Of a DNA stretch of 64,000 nt, positions 9,875 to 22,500 are shown piece by piece (within the stretch, counting starts at the first letter, position 1; each line of letters opens with the position of its first letter). Both the position numbers and the translations under genes were made by a program. Below the pieces are notes generated by a model. It was given only the letters and a program-made list of their open reading frames with translations. It was not told where the DNA came from and did no database searches. The stretch is from a virus (lineage: Duplodnaviria > Caudoviricetes): the IMG/VR virus record IMGVR_UViG_3300042386_001493, positions 1 through 64,000 of that record; one strand, 5' to 3'.

Positions 9875-11058
9875 TACGACACACCAACAGAAAATCTAAA
9901 TTCAACATAGTTGCTAGTATTGGGAGACTTTATAACGGTTTCTTGATTTTCATTTTTTACAATAGAATACCCCGTTAGTCCATAAAGTGGATTAACTGTT
10001 TGAGTATTTTCTAATCTTAAAGCATCTAATGCAATATAATAGTTATTAGAAGGAACATTAAACTCTCCACTTTCATCTGTAATAACACAAGCATAAATTT
10101 TTATTACAGTTGCTATTTCCCAACTAAAATTTTCTGTTTTGTATAAATCTTGTAATTTTTTTGATATTACAAAATATCTATTTTCTTCAAAGTCTGCAAG
10201 TGTATTGTACTCTCCTTCTGAATCTGCCAAATTTCCAGAACTTCCCTGGTTTAGTTCTGCTTCAAACCTTGCATACTGTGCTCCGTCAGGAGAAGAAAAC
10301 TCAACAAGAATTCTAACTGTTTCAGGTATTGAGGCTGAATTTCCATCTCTGTTTACTAAAGAAAACGCTAATTTTAATTCATCGTTTGGAGAGTTTCTTG
10401 ATAGATCAATGTTGGCTCCTGTTAATCTTATATGATTTGATTCTGATTCAATTACAAAGTGATCAAGGGTTTCATCGCTTTCAGAACTAAGAGTTAAGTT
10501 TGCTTGATCGCCCCTAATTAAAATTACGTTATTTAAAAACCTACACCTTTCATACCTATTTGCACGAGATGGATTAAAGAAAATAGTGTTATCGGCATTT
10601 GTTTTAAATACTACACCGTTATTATCAAGAATTATATTGCCAGCGCCACCATCAAGCGCTTCAGGCTTTGATAGAATTTCTGTCGTTGCAGCGCTAGTAG
10701 CATACTGCCAACCTTCTGTTGTTGTAAATGCAAAAATTGTTTTACTATCGTAAACTCCAGCAGAAGGATTTGATCCAGCAGAGTATAAACCTATTTCTGA
10801 TATTTCATATCTTTCTTCTGTTGGTAATTCTGCAGTAAATACAATTTTGTCAACACCGTTTTCGTTTACAAATCCTCTAGAAGAGATTGGCACTCTAAAC
10901 ATTTCAAATTCTAAATTCTTTTTTAAAGAAAAATCTGCAGAAGTATCGTTAGTATCTAGTGGTGTTGGTCCACATCCAATTGCAATATATGACGCATATG
11001 CTGGAGCCTGGCCAAGCAAATATTTGCCAATAATATTTTTCCCAATACTGGTTATCAT
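9874..11058 (-). CDS. Tail tip/baseplate protein
   Basis: MITSIGK...YIAIGCG...EMFRVPI...ISEIGLY N-terminal domain typical of fibre-attachment/baseplate proteins. Confidence 0.6.
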   Translation of the reverse strand: MITSIGKNIIGKYLLGQAPAYASYIAIGCGPTPLDTNDTSADFSLKKNLEFEMFRVPISSRGFVNENGVDKIVFTAELPTEERYEISEIGLYSAGSNPSAGVYDSKTIFAFTTTEGWQYATSAATTEILSKPEALDGGAGNIILDNNGVVFKTNADNTIFFNPSRANRYERCRFLNNVILIRGDQANLTLSSESDETLDHFVIESESNHIRLTGANIDLSRNSPNDELKLAFSLVNRDGNSASIPETVRILVEFSSPDGAQYARFEAELNQGSSGNLADSEGEYNTLADFEENRYFVISKKLQDLYKTENFSWEIATVIKIYACVITDESGEFNVPSNNYYIALDALRLENTQTVNPLYGLTGYSIVKNENQETVIKSPNTSNYVEFRFSVGVS

Positions 11059-11564
11059 GATTCATTCCCATCAAATTGCACAATATATATTGTACCACTT
11101 GTGCTTAGTTCAACCTCAATTTGCTCATCATTGTTTAAACCTATTGCCTCTATAATTAGATCGCCTTGCCCATCAACGTAAACATTTGCATCATTTAATC
11201 CATTGCCCTTATTTGGAGTTTTTTCATTAAAATTAATAGAAAATCCAGAAAAGTATTGATCTGATGTTTTTTGTAAACCAAGAATGTTATTAGGATTGTA
11301 CTGTTGCTGTAAGGACTTGATGTTTTTTATTGGTTCATAAGATATGTCTTGTCCATTAATTGTGTCATTTCTTGATATGCTTACTAATTCTTGAGCAGAA
11401 AGGTCTTCAAAATATAACGTCGCCATTTCGTTTATTAATTGATCATTATCTTCAAACAATATAATATCTGGTGTTGCTGCTTTTATATGATTAACATTTG
11501 ATGTTGACAGTATTTGATTTAAGGTTGCGGGAGTTTGTGGTGTTGCAGATAAACTAATTGACAT
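11055..11564 (-). CDS. Tail-module hypothetical protein
   Basis: 169-aa ORF coupled to its neighbours. Confidence 0.6.
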   Translation of the reverse strand: MSISLSATPQTPATLNQILSTSNVNHIKAATPDIILFEDNDQLINEMATLYFEDLSAQELVSISRNDTINGQDISYEPIKNIKSLQQQYNPNNILGLQKTSDQYFSGFSINFNEKTPNKGNGLNDANVYVDGQGDLIIEAIGLNNDEQIEVELSTSGTIYIVQFDGNES

Positions 11565-11566
11565 TT

Positions 11567-14500
11567 TTATACCTCACTTAAATAAATAGTCATATCTGGA
11601 CCATCTATATTTCTTGAATACTCTATATTATATACTACAAACCTATCATTTTCTGTAGCAACTAAATCTAAATCATTAGAATCTTTATAATTAATTGTTA
11701 CAATATCTCCTAGTTGTATTGTTGGTGTAGCAAATATTTTTACACCTATTGATTTTTTAGGAGTCATAATTTTATTAATAATCCATCCCATTAGGGCTTC
11801 TGCATCATCTTCTGTTTGAATATAGTCAGTGCTTATAGAAAATTCATTTTTGCCATAAATCAACCTACTTAATTTAATTTCATCATATTTGTTTTTTTGA
11901 ACTAATGGAGAATAAGTTAAGGTATTTCCTTTAAATGGTGGGTCTGAAAGATTTCCTTTTTTCTTAAAATATTCATCTACTGTTAGTTCGTGAGTTGTGT
12001 TTTGTGTAAAAGCAATACCCTGAATTCTTAACCAATTTCCCGCTGTTTCATCTAACACTAAAAAATTATCTGTTGAATTAAATATTAAAAATTCAGCACC
12101 ATACGAGTCTGAGTAAAAACCAGAAACTGTGTATGCAAGGTTTTTATTGATTGGTGGAGCCAACTTAGAGTATAGGGCTGGATATGCTTTATCATACCTA
12201 ATATTAAAATAGGCGCACTCACGCATTATAGATCCAAACTCTTCAAAATATATGTTATATTTGGGTGGCTGTTGTGCACTTATTCCAGAGAGGTGAGTTG
12301 ATTGAACAACTCCACTCATTGCATACTTTCTAAATGATTCATTAGTGCCAACCTCTTTATTTTTAAATGCAGAGGATAATGTTTCTGTTACGGAAGAGTC
12401 AAAACCTTCAGCATAGTTTCCAGATAAAGCATAAACATGTTCAAACATGCATCTTGAAGATCCACGAGAAAATAATGCCATATTATTGTATATTGGAAGT
12501 GGGTCGGTATCGTCAACAACTTGAATTAACTGATTATTAATATATAGAAAAAACCTTCTTGTATTACCAATATCTTGATATTCTACCGTTAGATCATATA
12601 CCGTTGTGTCTTCTTCTGCTGATACTCTTTGATACCCTGCAAAAGTTCCACTGTCAACATTTATTTGAGTAAGTCCGCCATACAACTTAATTGGAATTGC
12701 CTTGTCTGATGCGGTTTCTTTTTTAATTTTATAGAATACAACATTGTTAATAGAGATGTTTGACTGACCGCTTTGATTTAAATTTAAATACGATTCAACA
12801 TTATTTGCTGTTAATGCAATAATTTCAAAATAATAGCCATTGTTTGTTTCGGGATTAACCAAAATACCAATGCCTCCAGACCCTCCACCAATGTTTGGAT
12901 CTTGAGTTGGCACTGTGCTGCCAGTCTGATAGTATGTCATAGTGCCAAATGGCGTTTGACCCCTTATCTCATTATTTTCTATTTTTCCAACAACTCTAAT
13001 CCTAGTTCCAAATGTTTTAAAGGCACTGTCTAATTTTTTATAAACATAAGAAACAAAATTAATAGGGTTTTCTGTGGGTTTAAATGATGGTCCATTAATA
13101 ATTAAAGCAGAAGCCTGAACAACTCCAGCCCGAGTTGATGATAATTGGTTTACTTCTGTTTCTGTTAAAAAATTTGTAACATTTGAATTTTTAATAATTC
13201 CATTTCTAGATGCTTGTTTTGCTAAGTCATTACTAATTCCTGCAGCACCTATAGATGTTGCGGGTATTGTAGGATTAATTTCTGTTGTAAATAAATATTG
13301 AGATTGCATTTCTATTCCACGAACATTGTTTTTATCAGACCAATAGGGATTTATTCCTGCAAAATGAGAAGTTACTTGAGTTCCAAACTGACCACGACCG
13401 TGTTCATAAACTTCTCCTGCCTGCAACCTTGTTATAGAACCAATTGACTCGTAATATGGTGTTGAAAAAATACGAATAAGACCAGTTCGATATATTTTTC
13501 CGTTAAAAGGAAGGGCTGCAAAATATTTTTGATACTCTTGGTTATTAGAAATGTATACGTTTCCAACTCCAGTAATACTGTATTGTACGGCATCATACCT
13601 TATAATTTCTCCGTTTGAATAAAAATATCCCTGATTTCTTGACAAATAATATACGTTTTCTCCAATGTCAATTGTATTATTAATAATTGAATTACCAAAA
13701 ACAGTTGGTAATTCGTTAGATAAATCTGAGTTTAATGGCATTGCTGCTAAAATATAGTTTCCATTTTCACTTATTTTTTCATTTATTGTTTTTAACGGCT
13801 CGACGTTAGCAACTTCCCAAAGCAAGGTTGGTTTATAAATCCAAGTTTTTTCTTCTTCAAGAACGTTTGCTTGGTTAACAGATCCATAAGATCTTTGAAT
13901 ATACCTTGTTGTATAATTTATTTTGCCATCATTAAATATTGTTTTATCTTCAGCAGTTATTGCAATAATGTTTGGGATATTTGATGTTGTTTGATTTTCA
14001 ATAATGCCAGAAACTGACTGATTATTGTTTCCAAGCAACTGGATATCTGCACTTCTTTGAAGTTCTGTTGGCATTAAGTAGTCTTTGCTCATTACAATAA
14101 AATTGTTATATTCATCAAAAAACATTGATGTTTGTGTTGCTACTGCAAGTTGATTTAAAACTTCAGCAACATTCTGATCTGGTGCTATAAATAAATAAGG
14201 AATTATGGGGTCTTGCTCGTTGTCAACTCTTTTAAAAGAATAATTAGCAAATCCAATATAATCTAGCAATAAACAAATAGCATAACTAAGTGATACATTT
14301 GTAACAAGCATTCTTGGTGCTGGCATAGACTCTAAAAAGAAATAAAAATCTCTTAACTCTAAAGATAAAATACCTCCAGTTACATCAGACTGGGGCATGC
14401 CCTCTGAGTACAAGGTTTTTATAGGTACGCAATAGTCATAGTTTTCTACATTAAGAATTTTTTCATAAAAAGTAAACTTAATATTTTTTCTTAAATAGTT

Positions 14501-15883
14501 GCTAATAATACTATTTGTGTTAATTGGATTAAACGCTTGCTCTGCATCAAAAATAGAAATAGATCCAGTAGATGCTAAAAGTTGTCCAACTGGCAAAGCG
14601 GTGTTTCCAAGATCTGAAAGAGATTTTTTTATGTTGTAACTTATAACTTCATCAGAAATATCAACAACTAGTCTTGGAGACATTTCAATTAAATCAAAGG
14701 TTGAATCTTTTTTATTCATTATTTCTGCAACAATTCTAATACCACGAATGTATGCAAACTCCCTGTATCTAGACTCTCCACTTGTTGGATCTACAAAAAA
14801 TCCTGGCGATACAAGATCTTTTACAAAATTAGTTTTTGGATTTATGGACTCAGATCCAATTGTCCATCCGTAGGTAGGAGTAAATGTTTCATAGGCCTGA
14901 CTTGTACTATTCCAGACATGATATGTTCCTATACTGTTGCTTGTTTCTAAAACAAGATAAGCGTAGCCGTTTATTGAAGATTCAGGAAGCAAGGTAGTTG
15001 AAGAATACGTCTCTGCAAAAACAAAAGTATCGGCATACTCACTTGGAATTATTAACCCATACTCTAGTTCTACATATCCGTCTGATCCAATTATAGGGCT
15101 ACCGTCTGACCTTGTAGAGTTTTCATTAAATGAATATGCATCTACCCAATTATTATTTTTTAAATATTGAACTTTCCATCTTTTAGGAGTAGTCTTGTTT
15201 AATTCTCCAAAAAAAGGATCTGCATTTACTGAAGAAAAATTAATAAAATCTTGTAAGTCTACATTGCCAATGTTTGTTTGCATTTTAATTACAATTCTAT
15301 TTGTTGGTACTTGCTCTTTATAGACCACAAACGGCACAGCATCATCAATGTAATAAGAACCATTTAAAATATTTTTTGCAATACCACGTTCTACATTGTT
15401 TTCTTTTCTGTAAGAGTTCCAATATTTAAATTCATCATACCTAGAGGACATGTAGTATCTGGGTCTTTGTGCCATAAACACTCCAGAGTTTGAAAGATAT
15501 TGATTGCTTCTATCAAAAAACAAAGGCTTGTTAATTCCAGACCTTGGTCTAAATGGTTTTAAACAATCTTCTAATGAGTACAATAGTTTTCTTTTTTGCT
15601 CTATTGATGTAAATAGTTGTGGAAGGTTTTGATCATCTACCCCACCATTTATAGATATTTCAGAATCTGTAGCATCTGTGTAGTAATCTCCAGCATCTAG
15701 TGAGTCAAAAGATGACGGTAGTGTTTGAAATTTAATCTCATCCCCAGTAGGTCTATATCTATAGTTTCCAACATGAAAAATATTATCTGGCATGTTCATG
15801 TTCCATTCAGCAAGAACTAAAGATCTTGTTTGAATTGTTGGAGATGTTTCAAAATGAGTTTTTAATTCTTGACTTACAAACAA
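11567..15883 (-). CDS. Large tail tip/hub (Tal-like) protein
   Basis: Second gene after tape measure; FFDEYNNFIV and PTIQLGDIVTI hub-like motifs; probable TTG start at 15883 with GGAAGAGG RBS. Confidence 0.7.
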   Translation of the reverse strand: MFVSQELKTHFETSPTIQTRSLVLAEWNMNMPDNIFHVGNYRYRPTGDEIKFQTLPSSFDSLDAGDYYTDATDSEISINGGVDDQNLPQLFTSIEQKRKLLYSLEDCLKPFRPRSGINKPLFFDRSNQYLSNSGVFMAQRPRYYMSSRYDEFKYWNSYRKENNVERGIAKNILNGSYYIDDAVPFVVYKEQVPTNRIVIKMQTNIGNVDLQDFINFSSVNADPFFGELNKTTPKRWKVQYLKNNNWVDAYSFNENSTRSDGSPIIGSDGYVELEYGLIIPSEYADTFVFAETYSSTTLLPESSINGYAYLVLETSNSIGTYHVWNSTSQAYETFTPTYGWTIGSESINPKTNFVKDLVSPGFFVDPTSGESRYREFAYIRGIRIVAEIMNKKDSTFDLIEMSPRLVVDISDEVISYNIKKSLSDLGNTALPVGQLLASTGSISIFDAEQAFNPINTNSIISNYLRKNIKFTFYEKILNVENYDYCVPIKTLYSEGMPQSDVTGGILSLELRDFYFFLESMPAPRMLVTNVSLSYAICLLLDYIGFANYSFKRVDNEQDPIIPYLFIAPDQNVAEVLNQLAVATQTSMFFDEYNNFIVMSKDYLMPTELQRSADIQLLGNNNQSVSGIIENQTTSNIPNIIAITAEDKTIFNDGKINYTTRYIQRSYGSVNQANVLEEEKTWIYKPTLLWEVANVEPLKTINEKISENGNYILAAMPLNSDLSNELPTVFGNSIINNTIDIGENVYYLSRNQGYFYSNGEIIRYDAVQYSITGVGNVYISNNQEYQKYFAALPFNGKIYRTGLIRIFSTPYYESIGSITRLQAGEVYEHGRGQFGTQVTSHFAGINPYWSDKNNVRGIEMQSQYLFTTEINPTIPATSIGAAGISNDLAKQASRNGIIKNSNVTNFLTETEVNQLSSTRAGVVQASALIINGPSFKPTENPINFVSYVYKKLDSAFKTFGTRIRVVGKIENNEIRGQTPFGTMTYYQTGSTVPTQDPNIGGGSGGIGILVNPETNNGYYFEIIALTANNVESYLNLNQSGQSNISINNVVFYKIKKETASDKAIPIKLYGGLTQINVDSGTFAGYQRVSAEEDTTVYDLTVEYQDIGNTRRFFLYINNQLIQVVDDTDPLPIYNNMALFSRGSSRCMFEHVYALSGNYAEGFDSSVTETLSSAFKNKEVGTNESFRKYAMSGVVQSTHLSGISAQQPPKYNIYFEEFGSIMRECAYFNIRYDKAYPALYSKLAPPINKNLAYTVSGFYSDSYGAEFLIFNSTDNFLVLDETAGNWLRIQGIAFTQNTTHELTVDEYFKKKGNLSDPPFKGNTLTYSPLVQKNKYDEIKLSRLIYGKNEFSISTDYIQTEDDAEALMGWIINKIMTPKKSIGVKIFATPTIQLGDIVTINYKDSNDLDLVATENDRFVVYNIEYSRNIDGPDMTIYLSEV

Positions 15884-15884
15884 T

Positions 15885-16526
15885 TTAAACCTCTTCCAGA
15901 GATACCGAAATATTCCAAAGGTCGTGATTTGTTCCGCCACGTTTGACAACGCTGTAGTTAAAATCAGAAAAATAAACTTCTACAATTTGATTGTATTTAC
16001 CTAGGTGTCCAAAAGATGCATCTGTGGTTTCTCCATCAACTGGAAAATTAGTATATTTATCATATGCTAAATACATCCAAAAAGGACCTTGATGATTTTC
16101 ATACCAATCTAAAACCTCAACCCCTCCTGCACCACCATCTGCAGTAAACTCTGAACTTGTTCCTTTATTAGGAGATAGTCCAGTTGAAGCAAAATCTGCT
16201 TTGTCAGAATATGCACGGGATGGCAAATTATTCCAAGATACACTCATAGTAAGTTTATCTGCAATATGATAAGACCTCATCCTACCATTGATAGTTCTTT
16301 CTCGTTTTTCAATTCTTTCTGAGTTAAAGGACATGTCTTCTCTGTTGTGATCTGATAATATTAAAAATTGATTAATACCGCCTGTGGTAAGGCTTGAATT
16401 AGCCCCTATTTCTTGTCCAGTTGGCACGTAAAGGCCATTACTCAGGGTTCCCGCATTCTCTGACCATAGAATTGATTGTGGTCTTTGATACCTCTTTCTA
16501 CCCGAAATATACGCTGAGGTTGCCAT
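15885..16526 (-). CDS. Distal tail (Dit-like) protein
   Basis: Directly after tape measure; RTINGRMRSY and C-terminal WNISVSLEEV. Confidence 0.65.
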   Translation of the reverse strand: MATSAYISGRKRYQRPQSILWSENAGTLSNGLYVPTGQEIGANSSLTTGGINQFLILSDHNREDMSFNSERIEKRERTINGRMRSYHIADKLTMSVSWNNLPSRAYSDKADFASTGLSPNKGTSSEFTADGGAGGVEVLDWYENHQGPFWMYLAYDKYTNFPVDGETTDASFGHLGKYNQIVEVYFSDFNYSVVKRGGTNHDLWNISVSLEEV

Positions 16527-19500
16527 TATTTTTGCCCCTTAATTCTTTGATTGTCTATTCGTCTAATTTGTGTCATAACGGTCTTTGCAATATCGTCGGG
16601 ACTTGAATCAGATTTAACATTAACATTTAGACTATAATTATACACTGAAGACCCTCCGTATGAGCCATCATTTATTTTATTAAGATTATTTACTCCAAAT
16701 GAATCAACGGCATTTCTACGAACAACAAACTCTCCAGGAGTAAGCATTGCTGGAATTGTATCAGTACCCCTTGAGTATCCTCCAGAAACATAGTATTTAG
16801 GAATTATACCGCCCATTGCTCTTGCACGATAAGAAACCGTTGGTGTTGCTGCAGCAGAAAATGACGACAAAGGATTGTAAGAAGTTTTTGTAGGTGGGAT
16901 TATTGTATATCCACCACCTCTTGGACCAGATGCGCTTGCTGTTGATGCTGGCTTTGGCACTATTGTTGGCATAACTGGTGTTGGTCCATAAAGACCACCA
17001 GACAACCCCTGATTGTATGCAGTGTTTGTGTTGGTAGGAGGTTTTGATATAGGAGTTTTTTGCAAATCTTTCATAATGTTTGTTAAGTCTGCAAGTTGTG
17101 CTCTGCTTTCTGCAAGAGAGTCGTTATTTTCTTTTGTTATTCTTGCTACTTTTTCTGCATCTGTTTCTGCTGCTGGATTAGCAAATGTTAAAAGTGATGC
17201 AGCGCCTAACTCTTTGCTTGTAATTCCATCCCACAACGCTTTCATTCTTTTAAGCGTGTCTTCGTGACCACGTAAAACTGCTTGATACTCTACACCCCGA
17301 ACTCTTGCACCGTCTACCCCTAAAGCCACAGCCTCCCACTTTGCTCGTTGTGCCTCAATTGCATCAAGTTCTGCTTGAAGTTTAGCCTGTAATGGTAATA
17401 TTGATAATTTGTTTATATTATAATTTGCATCTTGTAATCTTAAAATTTCAGCAGAAACTTTAAGTGAGTCTTGATCAAGTGCATAAACTTTTTCAGAAAT
17501 TGTATAAAGTTTTTCTTCAATTTGTACTCTTGTTAACCCGTTAGTGTTTGTTAGTTTGCCAATTTCTTTTTCTCTTGCAACTTGTAATAAGTTTGAATTT
17601 CTTTCTTTTGCTTTTCTTGCTTCTTCTGCTCTTTGTTGTTGTATTGCCTTTGCTGCAGCAGAAAGGTCTCCTCTTGTTAATGCATCGGCAATTGTAATTC
17701 TTGATGACTCCTTAGCAGCAATATCATCAGTAATATCTGATATTTGTTGAAGGGCCTTTTCTTGTGCATCATATTTTTTATTGATTGACTCTGCAGCCTT
17801 ATCAATTAATGACAGGTCATGATTTAAGATTGTTGACTGTGCATTAAGCAGTGCTATTGGTCTATCGTAATTTTCTTCCATTAGTCGTTGTTGTATATCA
17901 ATTAATTTTTCATTAGCATCAATTAATTTATTTGCAGCATCAATTTGTGGCTGATAAATATTTCTTGCTTCTCTTTCAATAACATCAAAATATTCCATTG
18001 CCATGCTTACTTCTTTTTTTATCCGTTCTGCAGGATTTATTATATCTTGTGTTCTTGTTTGATTTCTTTTAAGTTCTCTTAGTGTAGCAATCATTCTATC
18101 AATTTCTTCTTTTGTTTTACCACTTGCAAAAGCAAGGGCAATTTGCTCATTTGTAACAATTTCTAATGCCTCTGCAGCAGACAGTCCAGCAGCCTTTAAA
18201 TTTGTGAATGTTGCACTCTGTGCTCTTAGTACTTGAGTCTGACTTCTAGCATTGTCTTCAAACTCTCCAAGAGTTGCCTCATTTAGTGCCTTTGCTAATT
18301 TTTTTCCATCTGCAGTTATTTTAACAATACCGTTTTTAATTGTTATAAATTTCTTTTGAATTGCTGGATCTAAATCAGATATAAAATCAATAAGTTCTTG
18401 GTTTATCCCTTGCGCTCTAAGTTGTTGATTAATTCCTTTAAATATTTTAATGTCTCCGCCTGAAGAATTCATTACTCTTCTTAGTTCGTCAATTCCGCCA
18501 CGGGCATTGACTGATGCATCCCTTACTAACTTTAATCTTTTAAGTAGTTCATCTAAAGTTGTATCTCTTTCTCCTGAGCCAGGAGTTGCCCCCTTATTTG
18601 TTCCTTTTTCTATTGCTGCGTTAAAACCTTTTGCTAAGTATGCTGCTATAGCATCTTGTTCTGACATACCTTTAAATTCAGCAAGTGCTGCTGCTCTAAT
18701 TTGTGGATCTACTTTTCCAACTAAATAATTAACAAGCAATGTTTTATTTATAAGTGGTTTACCTTCAGATAATTTATCAAAATTAGTTAAGGCATCTGCA
18801 AATAATGTTGGATTTTCACCAGCAAGTTTTTGAACAACTGTTTTATCTATTTTATCTGGCAGTATTGAAATTTTTGATAATGCATCATTTGCAACTGTTA
18901 ATTGTTTTACTCCATTAGTAGTAAGGTCTAGTTGAACTCCATACTTTTGTTGAAATTTTGCAAGAATATCTAATGCGGTCATGTCTTTATCAAAGGCAAC
19001 TTCGTTAGTGTTTATATAATTAAGCATTAAGTCAATTGTTTTTGCATTTGTACCAGTCTGCGTTATTAACTCAAGAAGTGTGCTTGCCCCTGCAAAACCT
19101 TCTTTTCCTACAACCGTATTTATTTTTGCTTGAATTTCTGGAACTTGTTTGGATGCATCTAAAAGAGCAATTACCGCATTTGGACTTAACTCTCCAGAAG
19201 CAAAACCAATCTGTATGACCTTTTTAAAATCTGTATTTGCAAGATCATTTAATTCATCTTTAGCAATATCTTTAAACACTTTAATGGCATCTGAAGCATT
19301 TTTGTATAAATTATCGATAGATGTTCCAATTGCTTTGTCAAAATTTTCTGTAGATATTTGACCTGATAATTTAATAACATCGTTTATCGTTTGTTGATTT
19401 GCATTATTTAAACTATCTAAACCAATTTTTCTTTGATCTTCAATATCTTTAATTTCTTTTTCAGTTTTTGCATTTTTAAGTTTTAAATCATATTGTTGAT

Positions 19501-22500
19501 TTAATGCATCTACAAGTTGTTGATTTTGAACAATTGCTTCAAGTCCTAGTTGAATGCTTGCAGCATCAAGTTTTGCATTTGCTTGCTGAACTTTATTTAA
19601 ATCAAATGCTGATTTAGTTAATAATGCAATTGATGCGGCTAAAGCAATTGGGGCGCCAAGACCTCCAGTTCCAGCCGTAACTGCGCCTGCTCCTAAAAGA
19701 ATACCAGCAATTCCCTGTGCAGCGGTTCCAGCACTTACTTGTTTTCTATTGTTTTGTGCCTGATCAAATGCTGTTTGTAAGTTTGTTGCAGAATCTTTTT
19801 TAATTGCTAATGCAATTTGAAGTGGATCTTTAGTTAAATTTTCGCCATTTATACCAAATAAAGATACAAGTTCTCCACTAATCATTAATGGTATTTCATA
19901 ACTGCCTAGTTTTTCTCCTAATGCTGAAGCAATACTCTTTGCTTGTTCTGTTGTAACTACTCCCTGCAATATTGCAGTTGATAATTGATTTGCCATATTT
20001 GTTGCAATTTCTTTATCTGTTTTTCCTGCTTTTCCTTGAGTAGCAATATCTGCAATTAAACTTTTTCCAAATTCACTTTCTAAAACATTTTGTCCAAATT
20101 TTCTTTGTTGGTCAACAGTTCCAGAAATAAGGTTTTGTCTTTTTCGATCTGCAGACTCTTTTGATGAAACTGTTCCAGTAATTTTTGATAACTCAATTAA
20201 TTTAGTGTTGGTCATTGACATAGCCTTAGCAAGATTTATGCCTTCTTGTCTAGCCTTTTCCATATCTTTATTAAACTTATAAATTACTGCGGTAATAGAA
20301 ACTAGCCCTGCAACAAATAATCCAAGTGGATTAGTAAGCATAGGGGCAATACTTGCAAGAGCAGAGACACCCATCATCGCCATACCCACGCTATTGTTAC
20401 CAGTCATGAATCCTGCCATTGCTCCAATACCCGCAATTCCAGCAACAGGGCCAGCAACCGATCCAACTCTTTGTGCTCTTTGTGCTCTTACTTCACGTTT
20501 TTGTTCTTTTAATTGTTGTTTGGTTAATGGGGCTGCCTGTGTAGCAAGTTTGTTTTTGTCTTCAATTGTTTTTAATTCTTGTTTTAATGCAACAAGTCTT
20601 CTTTGCTCTACCTTTTCAATTTGACGCCTTAATGATTTTTGTTCAGAACGGAATTGTTTCTCTATTGCTGAAATAGCCATTCCTGGTGATGTTCTAGCAT
20701 CAATTTTTGGAGCATCTGATAGCCCTGCAACTTTTGGTGTTGGTCCAAATTTTCCAAATTTACGAACACTTGCTACTTGTGCTGGATTAAGATTTGTAAC
20801 TCTGTTGTCAAGAGATGGATTTTTAGTTGGCGTTCTGCTACTTCTTGGTTCTGTGTTTTGAGAACTAAATTGAGTAAAGCCTTTATTATTAAGAATTCCT
20901 TCTTTGTTTTGCATAACGGCATATGTTTTTTTATTTACAAAACTTGGCTTGTCTCCAAGTTTAATAATTGATCGTGAAATTTCTTTCCAAATTTGTGGAG
21001 TTCTTACTGCCGATACACCAAGAATACCTTTTGCTTGATAAATCTTTGAAATATTTACTTTGCCTGAATTGTGTGCTTTAACTTCAAGATCTGCTATTCT
21101 TGCAAGGTGTCCTAATTGTTTTGCATTTGTTGGTTGTTTTTCTTGTTGTGCAAAAGCATAACTTTGTTTTAATTTTGAAATATCTCTATCTGTATATCCT
21201 AGTTCTTTTAATATTCTAGGATCATTAATAAGTTTTCCAACAGATTTTTTACCAGCACGGTTTAAATATTGACCAATGCCTTCATGATCAGAAATTGTAA
21301 GCCCACTTTGCCATTTAGTTTTTGGATCTAATGGTTTAAATATATGGGATTCTGATTTCTTTCCCATAAATTTGTTAATTTCATTTGTTGTCAAACCCTG
21401 TTTTCTTAGTTCTTTAGTAAGAGCAAGGTTTTCTCTATCTAAACCAAGTCCAGCAGTTTTTTGATTGTATTTTTGTCTTAATTCTCTTACTTCTCGTGGA
21501 GCACCACTTCCTGCTTTTCCAAGTCTACCAATATATCTATTAAGTGTTTCTGGAATAGTTTTTCTCGTAGACATCGTTCCATATTGGCTAGGTGCTTCTT
21601 TAAAGGCATATTTTATTTGACGGTCAAGTTGTTCTTTAGTAAAAGTAGATTGTATAATACCTTTTTTATCACTGTAAATATATTTTCCAGATTTTTCATC
21701 ATAGGTAATTCTTGAAAGAAGTTCTTGGAATCCTTCTCTGTTCTTTTTGTATGCTTGTTGTGCTTCAGTATCTACTCCTAAGTTGCGGCCATACTTTAAC
21801 TCTATTTCTTTTTGCAATGTTTGATTTGGTGTTCCTGAAGTTTTTCCACTTAGTGCTTGTAAAACAGAAGAGTCTTCTCTATTATATTGTGCTTGTTGTC
21901 CTGCTCTTACTCCAGCAACCATGTTTGCACCGCCACCAGTACCTGCTGTTTTTTCTCTTATTCTGTTGATTGCTTCATCTAGGTTGGTGCCTGCGGGTAA
22001 GGATCTAAACCTTCCAGCCCCAGTAGTTCCATCATCAAATGCTTGTAGTTTTCCATTGACCATTGCATCAATGATTGGCTGGAATCTTGGATCTTGTGCT
22101 ACGTCAGTTGGGATTACCGCTTCTCCAGGCATTAATACTGCTGGTACGTTATCCTTATTTCCTGTTCCTGGAACATAGGTTGACCCCCTTGCAAACTTTT
22201 TAGGAGTAAACCTTCCACCTGGCATCATCATACCTGGATTTGCCATAGCAAATCTTGTTGCTGCTACGGTTGCATCAATATAGGCTTGACGTAATAATCT
22301 AACTGCCGTTGTTTCTACTGCAAATGATTGCGTTAGGCGTGTATGAGCCTGATTTAAAGATGCCGCTACTGTGGCTGCTTCTAGTTGTTCGCTATTTAAA
22401 TAACTTGTTTGTTGGGCAAGAAGGTTTGTATTTGTCCCAGCCCTTAAAAATCCAGAACGCATTGTTATAAATAGTTTTATTATGTTTGCAACACCGTTGG

